This document shows positions 26,062 to 34,934 of a DNA stretch of 64,000 nucleotides, piece by piece (the first letter of the stretch is position 1; each line of letters starts with the position of its first letter). Under the pieces are notes generated by a model. The model searched no databases. It was given only the letters and a program-made list of their open reading frames with translations, and was not told the origin of the DNA. The DNA lies in NCBI GenBank assembly GCA_020059585.1, contig JAGVBU010000003.1, positions 879 through 64,878 of the forward strand, in the 5' to 3' direction. Origin of the DNA: Minisyncoccota bacterium. Its GTDB lineage: Bacteria > Patescibacteriota > Minisyncoccia > UBA6257 > GWB1-50-10. The translations under genes were made by a program, and so were the position numbers.

Positions 26062-27680
26062 CACATTCAATCACGTCAAAATATAAGGGTATCGCGATTT
26101 TCGGCGCGCCGGGAACCGGAAAAACGACTGTGGCGCGTCTCCTTCTTTCGGAAATTCCGGAGTCGAAATATATCGAAACATCCCATTGCGTCATCTATCC
26201 CGCGATGGCGATGAAAGATCATCTTCCCGAAAAGAAGAGAGCGTTCATCCGAATGCTCGCGGATCAATATGGCGCTCGCATGTCTTTTCACGCGGCACGG
26301 AATGACGCGCGTGAGTTTTCGACATATTTAAAGCACGCGTACGCGCCGGCGATCATCGCGGAAACACTTGAGGCGATTCACAGGAATAAATTTTCAAAGA
26401 AATTTGCCGTGATTGCGGGCACGCGTGGATATGCAAATGCAGTCCACCTCAAGAAGAGGGGATATTTTGTCGCGTATCTCGAAACGGGCGGATCTCACGC
26501 GACGCGGCGTGTCGCGCGAAGGGATCGTCTTTCAACGGCTGCCGCGCGCAAAGAACGCATGATTGAAGAAAAAATTTTTTCCACGAGCAACGTGAAAAAA
26601 ATCGCGCATATTTCTTTTAATACGGGAGCACTACCGAAAGAGCGTATTGTCGCGGACATAATGGCGCGCACCTTCCCTCGAGAATGTGCTCGATGCGTCA
26701 ATTCAAATGTAAATCCCGCGTGTCATATAGGAAAATCCGGATTATGCGATATATGCGAACGATACGCGCGAGATTTTGCCAAAGCGCCTCTTAAGAAAGA
26801 AAAGCGATTTTTAGAGTCACTCAAAGGAAGCGGAAGGGGAGCATATGACGCGCTTGTGGGAATCTCGGGAGGAAAGGACAGCACCGCGGTGTTATATGAG
26901 GTAAAAAAGATGGGATTTCGGCCTCTCGCGTTTTCCCTTGATACGGGATATTATCCAAGACATATTTTTCCGCGCGCGCGGCGCGTCGCGGAACAGCTTA
27001 GCGTTCCTTATAAAAAAATAGACGCGAGAAAATATATGCGTCCCTCAGACGTGGAAAGCTTTCGAAAGACCGCCGCGCTCTATGAAGAAAAAGAATCAGA
27101 CGCGCTCGGAGAAAAATTCAGAACATGGTACGCGGAAGATCGGCGCCATTATTCCATCAAGTGCGTTCACGCGCTTCCGTTCGTTCGCACGTGCCAGCTT
27201 TGCAGGAGAATGATCATTCGCGCGTATTATGGCGAGGCAATCGCGCATGGTGTTCGTCTTGTGATACTCGGCATCAACGAATGGGCGGGACTCAGCCAGA
27301 ATACGTCATCTAAAAAATTTGTATTTTCGGCGATACGGGAATTAAAGCCGTTTGCGCGCAAACCCTCGGTATATGTAGTGCATCTTCCGTTTCTTTTAGG
27401 AAGAACAAGCAAGGACACGCGCGCAATATTGAAAAAAATCGGTTGGAAGATTCCTTCAAGAGAATCATTTATTGAATCGAATTCGAATTCATGTCTCTTT
27501 GCGCGCGCCGCGGAAAGCAAAGCGCGGCGAATGCTCGGATTTCATCCTGACGCGACGCGTCTTGCGCGCGAAGTGACGGTGGGATTTATCACGAAAAAGC
27601 AGGCGCATGCCGCGTTGAAGAAAACGCACCGCTTCCGCCACTCAGTGCATACGGTGTTGAGGAGAGCGGGTATACTCTGA
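26058..27680 (+). CDS. Fusion protein: N-terminal P-loop kinase-like domain + zinc finger + TtcA/TtuA-like PP-loop ATP pyrophosphatase (putative tRNA thiolase)
   Basis: IAIFGAPGTGKTTVARLL (Walker A), CARCVNSNVNPACHIGKSGLCDIC (CxxC..CxxC), LVGISGGKDSTAVL (the SGGKDS PP-loop), later CQLC. ATGA overlap with the upstream gene. Confidence 0.6.
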   Translation: MTHSITSKYKGIAIFGAPGTGKTTVARLLLSEIPESKYIETSHCVIYPAMAMKDHLPEKKRAFIRMLADQYGARMSFHAARNDAREFSTYLKHAYAPAIIAETLEAIHRNKFSKKFAVIAGTRGYANAVHLKKRGYFVAYLETGGSHATRRVARRDRLSTAAARKERMIEEKIFSTSNVKKIAHISFNTGALPKERIVADIMARTFPRECARCVNSNVNPACHIGKSGLCDICERYARDFAKAPLKKEKRFLESLKGSGRGAYDALVGISGGKDSTAVLYEVKKMGFRPLAFSLDTGYYPRHIFPRARRVAEQLSVPYKKIDARKYMRPSDVESFRKTAALYEEKESDALGEKFRTWYAEDRRHYSIKCVHALPFVRTCQLCRRMIIRAYYGEAIAHGVRLVILGINEWAGLSQNTSSKKFVFSAIRELKPFARKPSVYVVHLPFLLGRTSKDTRAILKKIGWKIPSRESFIESNSNSCLFARAAESKARRMLGFHPDATRLAREVTVGFITKKQAHAALKKTHRFRHSVHTVLRRAGIL

Positions 27681-27765
27681 ATTCGTCCTTCCGATCTGCT
27701 ACACTGAATAATAGAAGGATTCACATCAACTAATATGCACGCGCTGAGAAGAAAGGAGGTGCGCC

Positions 27766-28362
27766 ATGAAAAGAATAGTACGCATTTCGTTTATTGCGGT
27801 GTTTTTTGCGCTCGTGTTCGCGATGTCGGGGTGCTACACTTCGCTCCACATACAAGAACGGGAACACGCCGTGATTTCCACGGATTCCGTTTCGTATGAT
27901 GTATCGGTTGTCATATTTCCTCGCTACCGCGACTATCGTTTTTATCCGGGATATTCCGATTTCTATTTTTATCCTTATTGGCGTCATTACGGCTCTTATT
28001 ATTCTCCATGGAATTATCCATGGTACCGATTCGGGCTGTATTGGAATGGCCATACGATAGGATGGTGGAATGATCGTTATATTCGCCCTTGGTATATCCA
28101 TCCGAACGTGAAATACAGACCTCCTCCACGCACGCGGGATACTATGGGCGGAAGGGGCTTCATACGGAAAGAAGGATCTTTGATGCGAGATAACGACGCG
28201 GAAAAAGAAAGACAGAAACGCATCATGCCACGCACGAATTCGGGAAAAGAAAGAACACGCGAAGGGGTGTCGCCGCGAAAGGAAAGAGTTCCCGACAAGG
28301 GAAAATCTCCAGAGAAGACTCCGACAAAAAGGGGGTCGGTACGGGAGCGGGGACGCCGCTAA
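27766..28362 (+). CDS. Lipoprotein with extremely aromatic (Y/W/F/R/P) low-complexity region and basic C-terminal tail
   Basis: Signal peptide plus lipobox (..VFAMSGC). Then YRFYPGYSDFYFYPYWRHYGSYYSPWNYPWYRF..., and a C-terminal K/R/E-rich tail. Confidence 0.5.
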   Translation: MKRIVRISFIAVFFALVFAMSGCYTSLHIQEREHAVISTDSVSYDVSVVIFPRYRDYRFYPGYSDFYFYPYWRHYGSYYSPWNYPWYRFGLYWNGHTIGWWNDRYIRPWYIHPNVKYRPPPRTRDTMGGRGFIRKEGSLMRDNDAEKERQKRIMPRTNSGKERTREGVSPRKERVPDKGKSPEKTPTKRGSVRERGRR

Positions 28363-28413
28363 TCATCATTCCGTTGCATCACGCAACGGAATTTTTATAA
28401 AAGGAGGTGTTCG

Positions 28414-29145
28414 TTGTATAATTTTTTTATGAGAGTAATTTCTTGGAATATATGGGGAGGGAAATATATGGATGATATCCTCTATTTTTTGAAGCGTGCT
28501 AACGCGGACGTGATTGCGCTTCAGGAAGTGATTCAGGAAGTTGATGGTACAGGAAACATTGCTGGTAAAATTGCGGAAGAGCTTGGATACGAATGGGTGT
28601 ATTTTACGACGGAGAGATTTCCTATCTCGCTTCTTGAACAGCAAAGCGGACGGGAAATTGACTGGGGAAACGCGATAGTAAGTAAATATAAAATTCTTGA
28701 AAAAAAAGTTCATATACTTTCCGAAGAGAACTCAAGAACAGCAGTTGAAGCGGTATTGGACATCGAAGGAAAACCTCTCAGTTTTTTTAGTACGCATCTT
28801 TTTCATACTCATCAAAAACCTTCTAAACTTCAGGAACTCCAAACGAGGAACCTCTTAAAAATCGTTCCTAAAGAACGGGCGATTGTTGCGGGGGATTTTA
28901 ATGCGCTTCCCGAGAGTGGTGCAATAAAAATTATGGAAGAAAAGCTTACGAATGCGGATAAGAGCGATTTTCGACCGTCGTGGAGCGTTTATCCTGACGG
29001 GTGTCGCGTTTGTAGGCCGGAAGGAATAATTTACCGACTTGATTATATTTTTGGCACGAAAGATGTTCAGTTCGATTCATTTGCAGTCGAACAATCAGAT
29101 GGCGCGGATCATCTGCCGATTTCGGTGAAATGTAGTTTTTTGTAA
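28414..29145 (+). CDS. Endonuclease/exonuclease/phosphatase (EEP) family protein
   Basis: ISWNIWGG, ADVIALQEV, AGDFNALP and DH motifs are typical of the EEP fold. Confidence 0.7.
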   Translation: MYNFFMRVISWNIWGGKYMDDILYFLKRANADVIALQEVIQEVDGTGNIAGKIAEELGYEWVYFTTERFPISLLEQQSGREIDWGNAIVSKYKILEKKVHILSEENSRTAVEAVLDIEGKPLSFFSTHLFHTHQKPSKLQELQTRNLLKIVPKERAIVAGDFNALPESGAIKIMEEKLTNADKSDFRPSWSVYPDGCRVCRPEGIIYRLDYIFGTKDVQFDSFAVEQSDGADHLPISVKCSFL

Positions 29146-29148
29146 AAT

Positions 29149-29748
29149 ATGGATGAACAAACGATAAATACATACAACGCGCTAGCGAAAGATTATGATG
29201 ATGAGACGGTTGAATTTTGGGATTTGTTTCCGAAAGAGGTTTTTGATAAATTCATTTCTTTTACGGGGAAGGGAAGAGTTCTTGATATCGGAAGCGGTCC
29301 CGGAAGGGATGCGGTTTTTCTTCGTGATCGGGGCGCGGAAGTCGTTTGCCTCGATGCGTCTGAAACAATGATTGCGATGACGTCAGAAAAGGGGTTTGAA
29401 TCGGTGCGCGCGGATTTTATGCATCTTCCTTTTTCTGACGAATCGTTTGACGGAGTATGGGCATATACCGCGCTTCTTCATATCTCGAAGGCGGACGTTC
29501 ACGCGCCGCTTGAGGAGGCGCGAAGAGTGCTTAAAAAGGGAGGAATATTCGATTTCGGGATGATCGAGGGCGAGGGGGAGATTTATCGGGAAAGTTCGGG
29601 CGTCAAATCACCGCGCCTTTTCAGTCTTTATACGAAACACGAAATGGAAACGCTTCTTCACGATCATGGATTTGAGGTGCTTCATTATGGTGAATTCAAA
29701 CCGCGTTCAAAAAATTATCTCAACTTTATTTCAAAAAAACATGATTAA
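29149..29748 (+). CDS. Class I SAM-dependent methyltransferase
   Basis: VLDIGSGPGRDAVFL (motif I), VCLDASETM, KKGGIF. Confidence 0.65.
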   Translation: MDEQTINTYNALAKDYDDETVEFWDLFPKEVFDKFISFTGKGRVLDIGSGPGRDAVFLRDRGAEVVCLDASETMIAMTSEKGFESVRADFMHLPFSDESFDGVWAYTALLHISKADVHAPLEEARRVLKKGGIFDFGMIEGEGEIYRESSGVKSPRLFSLYTKHEMETLLHDHGFEVLHYGEFKPRSKNYLNFISKKHD

Positions 29749-30403
29749 AGCGGCAATATTTGATATGGACGGATTGATGTTCGATACAGAATCGGCATAT
29801 TCCATCGTGCAGACGAAAATGTTCGCGCGACGGGGTATGGTGTTTACGAATGATATAAAACGGACACTTATGGGAAAGCGAGCGCGAGAAGTTATGGAGA
29901 GTTTGAATGAATTATGGGGCAGGAATGAGCACGTTGAAGAGCTTCTTGAAGAGCAGGATAAAGAATTGATTTGTGTATATAAAGAATCAGTGGAAAAACT
30001 TAAAGGACTTGATACTATTTTGGTGTTTCTTGAAAAAGAAAAGATACGAAAATGTATCGGGACGTCATCACGAAAATTTCTTGTCGATATACTTTTTGAA
30101 AAATTCGATATGGGTCGGGAATTCGAGTTTGTTGTCACGGGTGATGAGGTAAAAAAGGGAAAACCAGACCCGGAAATATATATCGCGTGCGTTTCGCGTC
30201 TCGGTGTTTTTCCAGATGAATGTATCGTTTTCGAAGATTCACTGAACGGTATAAAAGCCGCGCGCGGCGCAGGATGCAAAACATGCGCGATTCCTTCGGA
30301 ATATACAAAAGAAGAAGACTTTTCAATTGCTGATATAGTGTGCAATTCTCTGGAAGATCCTGCGATACGGAATTTCATCACATCGGTTACGAGTGTGAAG
30401 TAA
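29743..30403 (+). CDS. HAD-superfamily hydrolase (subfamily IA, beta-phosphoglucomutase/phosphatase-like)
   Basis: IKAAIFDMDGLMFDTE (the DxDG motif I) with the catalytic Asp; C-terminal KGKPDPEIY and FEDS..G motifs. Internal Met start chosen. Confidence 0.7.
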
Positions 30404-30413
30404 CGATAAAAAT

Positions 30414-30441
30414 AAATACCGCACACATATGCGGTATTTTT
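30414..30441. terminator. Bidirectional terminator
   Basis: AAATACCGCA-cacatat-GCGGTATTTTT. Confidence 0.55.
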
Positions 30442-30455
30442 AGTTTTATTCAATC

Positions 30456-30629
30456 TCAAAATCCTTTGAGAACGGCAACAACACCTTCTTTTTTTCTCAC
30501 AAGCATTAAGATATCTTCTTCAAATACAAGCGTTCTCTTCGGATTCCTTCTTGTGGGATCGTTTTTCTTTCTTACAAGCTCTTTAATCTTTTCGTTGATG
30601 GTTTCGATGTCAGAAATCAATCTTTCCAT
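30456..30629 (-). CDS. Unlisted small ORF (57 aa), K/E-rich coiled-coil-like hypothetical protein
   Basis: Hand translation from the minus strand: MERLISDIETINEKIKELVRKKNDPTRRNPKRTLVFEEDILMLVRKKEGVVAVLKGF*. It sits in a 310-nt gap and ends at the bidirectional terminator. It is below the 60-aa cutoff of the ORF track. Confidence 0.25.
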   Translation of the reverse strand: MERLISDIETINEKIKELVRKKNDPTRRNPKRTLVFEEDILMLVRKKEGVVAVLKGF

Positions 30630-30716
30630 GATATTTATCCTGAATTATGTTATATGGAACTTCGATTATGGTTGCAACAAATAGAAGGAATGTCAATTTA
30701 TTGATATAATGCGGTT

Positions 30717-31319
30717 ATGAGACAAATTGTGATAATCCACGGAGGAGATAACTTTGAGACGTATGAGGAATATGTATCGTTTCTCAAAAATTTTAAGATT
30801 GATAGCATTGAGTATTTTAAAGGAAAAGATTGGAAGGCAACCTTGCAGGAACGGTTGGGGAGTGGATATGAGGTTATCGCGCCGCGCATGCCGAACGCGC
30901 TGAATGCGCGGTATGCGGAGTGGAAGATATGGTTTGAAAAACTCATCCCTTTTCTTACTGACGGAGTAATTCTCATCGGTCATTCGCTCGGCGGAACATT
31001 TCTCGCAAAATATCTTTCGGAGAAAAAACTTCCAGTCACGATTGCGGCGACTTTTCTTTTGGGTGCTCCTTTTGATGACGAGGGGAGCGACGAATCGCTT
31101 GTTGATTTCGCGCTTCCGCAATCGCTCAGTCTTTTTGGAGAGCAGGGGGGAAAGATATTCGTATATCACAGCGCGGATGATCCGGTAGTTGATTACTTCC
31201 AGCAGCGGAAATTTCTGAAAGCGCTTCCACACGCGCTCCCCATAACCTTCGACGGCAGGGGACATTTCAGGCAGGAGGAATTTCCCGAACTCATAAAAGA
31301 TATCCGAAGCATAGAATAA
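30717..31319 (+). CDS. Alpha/beta-hydrolase fold serine hydrolase (RBBP9/YdeN-like)
   Basis: VIIHGGDNFETYEEY..., ILIGHSLGGTFL (the GHSxG nucleophile elbow), HSADDPVV, GHF. Confidence 0.6.
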   Translation: MRQIVIIHGGDNFETYEEYVSFLKNFKIDSIEYFKGKDWKATLQERLGSGYEVIAPRMPNALNARYAEWKIWFEKLIPFLTDGVILIGHSLGGTFLAKYLSEKKLPVTIAATFLLGAPFDDEGSDESLVDFALPQSLSLFGEQGGKIFVYHSADDPVVDYFQQRKFLKALPHALPITFDGRGHFRQEEFPELIKDIRSIE

Positions 31320-31327
31320 AAAAGCGG

Positions 31328-32104
31328 CTAGGTTTTCCTTGCCGCTACAAAGACCCCGAAGGGGTTCTTTTTGAATAATTGTATAAGTTCGACGACTTCC
31401 TTGTTTTTTGTTTTTGAGAGAACAGTTTTTTCGATGTTACTCGGAAGAACGGCATCCCTCATTTCAAGGACATCGAATCCCGCGCTTCGGTTCATAAGAT
31501 GTATTTCCGGCCAGTCGAGGCGAAAGAGAGGGAGTGATTCCCCGAACTCCTTTTCTCCCCATACGTCGATATCTAGGGGATAAAAGTAATTTTTCGTTCG
31601 TCCCGTAAATTGTCCGGTTTGTTCGTCCATATACCAATGTCTCATGAAAAAAGGATGACAGCATGAATATATCCAGAATCCTCCGGGTTTCAGAATTTCA
31701 TATATTGCCCGAACAGTATGTGCCTGACCCTCTTTCGGAAGATAATGCAAGGCGAAATTCGAAAATACCGCATCGAATGTGTGAGGATTGAAATATTTTT
31801 CTGCTTGATGCATTGACCCAAGCGTCAAATTGGTGCATCCGCGTTCGGACGCGATCGCGAGCAGTTTGTCTGAGATATCTAATCCATACGTGAGTGCTCC
31901 GCGCGTTTCCATTGCTTTCATAAGTCCTCCGGGACCGCATCCAAGGTCAAGGACCGTAGCGCCCTTGAATTGGAAACCGTAGTGTGTTGCGATGGAAATG
32001 AGTCCGGTGTGCATAATTTCCTCGTTGAAGAATCGAGCGCCGGAAAAATACGCATTCGCAATCTTGTTATACGATGCTCTTACACCATCTACTATCCCTT
32101 TCAT
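31328..32104 (-). CDS. Class I SAM-dependent methyltransferase
   Basis: VLDLGCGPGGL (motif I), YGLDISDKLL, KPGGFWI. Confidence 0.65.
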   Translation of the reverse strand: MKGIVDGVRASYNKIANAYFSGARFFNEEIMHTGLISIATHYGFQFKGATVLDLGCGPGGLMKAMETRGALTYGLDISDKLLAIASERGCTNLTLGSMHQAEKYFNPHTFDAVFSNFALHYLPKEGQAHTVRAIYEILKPGGFWIYSCCHPFFMRHWYMDEQTGQFTGRTKNYFYPLDIDVWGEKEFGESLPLFRLDWPEIHLMNRSAGFDVLEMRDAVLPSNIEKTVLSKTKNKEVVELIQLFKKNPFGVFVAARKT

Positions 32105-32173
32105 ATATTCCTCCGTTTTTAATAATCTTCACTTATAGTGCACTAGGGGAGTCCTGTATGCAATCCCGTCAAC

Positions 32174-32203
32174 TTTTACGGCTGTGTATAACTTTCCGTA
32201 AAA
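32174..32203 (+). promoter_or_regulatory. Candidate operator: 8-bp inverted repeat TTTTACGG-N14-CCGTAAAA immediately upstream of the lexA-like gene
   Basis: Seen in sequence about 20-50 nt upstream of the start codon at 32222; possible autoregulatory site. Confidence 0.3.
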
Positions 32204-32221
32204 ATATGCTATATTTAGAAT

Positions 32222-32881
32222 ATGCACAAAATACAAGAAGCGCTTCTCCGCGCGGCGCAGGAAAAAAATCTCGGTCAATATACGCTCCGTGAGATAGGGT
32301 CGTTTATCGGCGAGTCTTCGCCTCAGAAGATAAAGCATCACTTGCTCCAGCTTGAGACGAAGGGGCTTATTAAAATAGACAAGATAAAGGGTCTTATAAA
32401 GAAAACAAGACAGGAATGGGAACGAAGTCTTTCCGGAAATACAAAACTTCTCACTATTCCAATTCTCGGGTCGGCAAACGCCGGTCCCGCGAAAATATTC
32501 GCGGAAACGAATATTGAGGGATTTTTGCGTATTTCAAGTTCTCTCCTTGCTCCTGTAAAAACGAAAGAACCCAGATTCTTCGCGCTCAAGGTTTCGGGAC
32601 CGAGTATGAATCGTGCCGAGATTGGCGGGAAGCGGATCGAGGACGGTGATTATGTTATCGTTGATGTGAGCGATAAGCATGTGCGGAACGGCGATATCGT
32701 CCTTTCTATTATCGACGGGATGGCGAATATAAAGAAATTCTATCTCGACAAGAAGAACAATCAGGTGATTCTTATGTCCCAATCAACGAAAGATTTCCCT
32801 CCTATTTATATCCACGAAGACGATGACTTTATGATCAACGGAAAAGTGGTGCAGGTCATCAAGAGGCCGAAAATACGATAA
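32222..32881 (+). CDS. lexA: LexA-like transcriptional repressor (wHTH + S24 peptidase domain)
   Basis: N-terminal HTH (LREIGSFIG). C-terminal VSGPSMNRAEI (catalytic Ser in the G-x-S-M motif) and ANIKKF (Lys) are typical of the S24/LexA autopeptidase. Confidence 0.65.
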   Translation: MHKIQEALLRAAQEKNLGQYTLREIGSFIGESSPQKIKHHLLQLETKGLIKIDKIKGLIKKTRQEWERSLSGNTKLLTIPILGSANAGPAKIFAETNIEGFLRISSSLLAPVKTKEPRFFALKVSGPSMNRAEIGGKRIEDGDYVIVDVSDKHVRNGDIVLSIIDGMANIKKFYLDKKNNQVILMSQSTKDFPPIYIHEDDDFMINGKVVQVIKRPKIR

Positions 32882-32916
32882 GGCGGCTTGGAGAGCTACA
32901 AAAAAACCGCGTGCTT

Positions 32917-33516
32917 TTATGAAGCAGGGGCGGTTTTTGAATATTTATGAAATACAAGAAGCATGATTGGAATAATGATAATGCTTCTTATGGAGTATAT
33001 TAGGGACAGTGTATTCCCGTTCATCCACGCGGGATAGAGCGCGACAATAGCGGATACAAGGAACAGTATCCAGCTTTTGTATGGCTCATTCCTCTTTCGT
33101 TCTTTTCTCGCTTTTTTTATCGTAGGCCAGTATCCGAGCGTGATGAGTGCCTGCGAAAAATAATTTGCCCATATCGCATCTTTGGAGAGTATCCAGAAGA
33201 GCACGATGGCGCCGGCAAGAGAAAAGAAGATTGCATCGAATCGATCGAACGACATCTTCGGATTTTTTGAAAAAATGAACCCGAGGATGGCAATGCACAT
33301 CAGAAAGTCTCCGACATTCAACACATTACTCACCACGCTTATCTCCGTCGCCTTAAAGACGGAGAGCACGCTGAGCAGCGTTCCTACGGAAAAGAGACCC
33401 CATGTGCCGACAGCCGGAGATGACTCTCTTTTTATCGCGCGGATATAATCATATCCCGCGTAAAAATAGATGCCATACACCGCAATCGTCGCGACAAGTA
33501 CCGTGAATTTCTCCAC
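32917..33516 (-). CDS. Integral membrane protein (hypothetical)
   Basis: 199 aa with 5-6 hydrophobic helices. Confidence 0.45.
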   Translation of the reverse strand: MEKFTVLVATIAVYGIYFYAGYDYIRAIKRESSPAVGTWGLFSVGTLLSVLSVFKATEISVVSNVLNVGDFLMCIAILGFIFSKNPKMSFDRFDAIFFSLAGAIVLFWILSKDAIWANYFSQALITLGYWPTIKKARKERKRNEPYKSWILFLVSAIVALYPAWMNGNTLSLIYSIRSIIIIPIMLLVFHKYSKTAPAS

Positions 33517-33634
33517 GTCTCCTCCTTACGATATGTGAATTTTTACTGTACAAATTATAAAATATTTCTTGTATAAAATCAAGTATGCGTCTGCTGCGCT
33601 AGGGCGTATATGCGCGTGATAGCTTTGTATAATA

Positions 33635-33664
33635 AAAAACACCCTTTGATGAAGGGTGTTTTTG
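33635..33664. terminator. Bidirectional terminator
   Basis: AAAACACCCTT-tgatg-AAGGGTGTTTTT. Confidence 0.5.
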
Positions 33665-33679
33665 TAACAAGTGAAAAAA

Positions 33680-34015
33680 TTATTTCTCCGTACTTGTCGT
33701 GTTTTCTTCGAGATACCAGAAATTCTTGTCGCGAGGCATCATTTTTCCGGGACCGAAATCATCCCCGTAACTCTCGTCATAGTATCCGTTGAACATCATC
33801 GGATACGCGCTGCGATACATTCCGCATTTGATTCCGTGTCCGTATCCGTAGATCGCGCTCTTAAATTCGCCGAGCTTCACTCCAAGAGAGAATACGACGG
33901 CAAGAATGAGTATGCCTAATATCCAACGCGCCCAGATATATCCCTTTCCGTTGCAGCACCATTTTCCGCATATGGTTTCGCAACACCCGTGCATCTCCTT
34001 TTTTGTTTCTTCCAT
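33680..34015 (-). CDS. Small Cys-rich membrane protein (hypothetical)
   Basis: N-terminal HGCCETICGKWCCNGKG, a single TM helix, and a Tyr/Gly-rich tail. Confidence 0.45.
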   Translation of the reverse strand: MEETKKEMHGCCETICGKWCCNGKGYIWARWILGILILAVVFSLGVKLGEFKSAIYGYGHGIKCGMYRSAYPMMFNGYYDESYGDDFGPGKMMPRDKNFWYLEENTTSTEK

Positions 34016-34154
34016 ATATATTTTGAATGTTTTTTTTGACCTTTTTCCGTATTATATACTACGTGCGGAAACCATGCTTTCTTTCGCGTGTTTTTTTGAC
34101 CTGTTTCGCGCGGGGATGTAGGATGAGGAAAGTATATTTCTGTGAGGATAAACT

Positions 34155-34568
34155 ATGAAAAAAGTTTCACGTGCAATTATATTGAACGAAAAATGGGAGG
34201 TGCTCCTTGGAATGAGGATACGGAACAAAGGTGAGGGACAGTGGGCGCTCATCGGCGGAAAGCCGGACGAGGGGGAATCACCGGAGGACGCGGTGGTGAG
34301 GGAAGTAGCTGAAGAGATTGGAGTCATATTCCACCCTTCATTTTTCGAGGATAGAATCACGCAGCTTCCCGGAGAGGAAGAACCGTGGCACCTTTCCGTA
34401 TTCTATGGACCAATAGAGGGAACTCCCGTGTTGAAAGAGGATGAGGTGCGCGCGCTTCAATATTTTTCAAGAGAGGAAATACGCTCCATGGCGCTTGCGT
34501 TCAATCATTGCGAGGTTCTTGAGAGATTTTTTTCTTCGGAGTTTTACATTTCCCGCCGCCCCACATGA
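34155..34568 (+). CDS. NUDIX hydrolase
   Basis: Nudix box GGKPDEGESPEDAVVREVAEEIGV (GX5EX7REVXEEXGU). Confidence 0.7.
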   Translation: MKKVSRAIILNEKWEVLLGMRIRNKGEGQWALIGGKPDEGESPEDAVVREVAEEIGVIFHPSFFEDRITQLPGEEEPWHLSVFYGPIEGTPVLKEDEVRALQYFSREEIRSMALAFNHCEVLERFFSSEFYISRRPT

Positions 34569-34912
34569 GGCGGTTTTTTTGTTATACTGTCTCTATGGAT
34601 AAAAAAAATATCATTGCGCGCGCGGGAGGGAATGCGTGCCTTGTTGCGTTATATGTGATCGCGGTTCCATTTCTTATGCAATATGTAGGCGAGCGTCAGA
34701 TAGAAGAGAAGATGGGATCGTTCGCTCCGGCGGTATTCCTTCTTCTCTTTGTTTTCTCCGCGGCGTTTATGGCGGTAGTGGTATTCGGGAAGCCCGCGCT
34801 TCTTTATCTTGAGGGACATAAGAAAGAAGGGGTGTCTCTTGCGCTTGCAACGGTGGGATTCATCGGGGTGATGCTTGTGATCGCCCTCGCGGCCGTGCTT
34901 CTCATTGTGTAG
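34565..34912 (+). CDS. Small membrane protein (hypothetical)
   Basis: ATGA overlap with the Nudix gene; three hydrophobic helices. Confidence 0.45.
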   Translation: MRRFFCYTVSMDKKNIIARAGGNACLVALYVIAVPFLMQYVGERQIEEKMGSFAPAVFLLLFVFSAAFMAVVVFGKPALLYLEGHKKEGVSLALATVGFIGVMLVIALAAVLLIV

Positions 34913-34934
34913 TTTTCGCCAAATACGTCATTTT

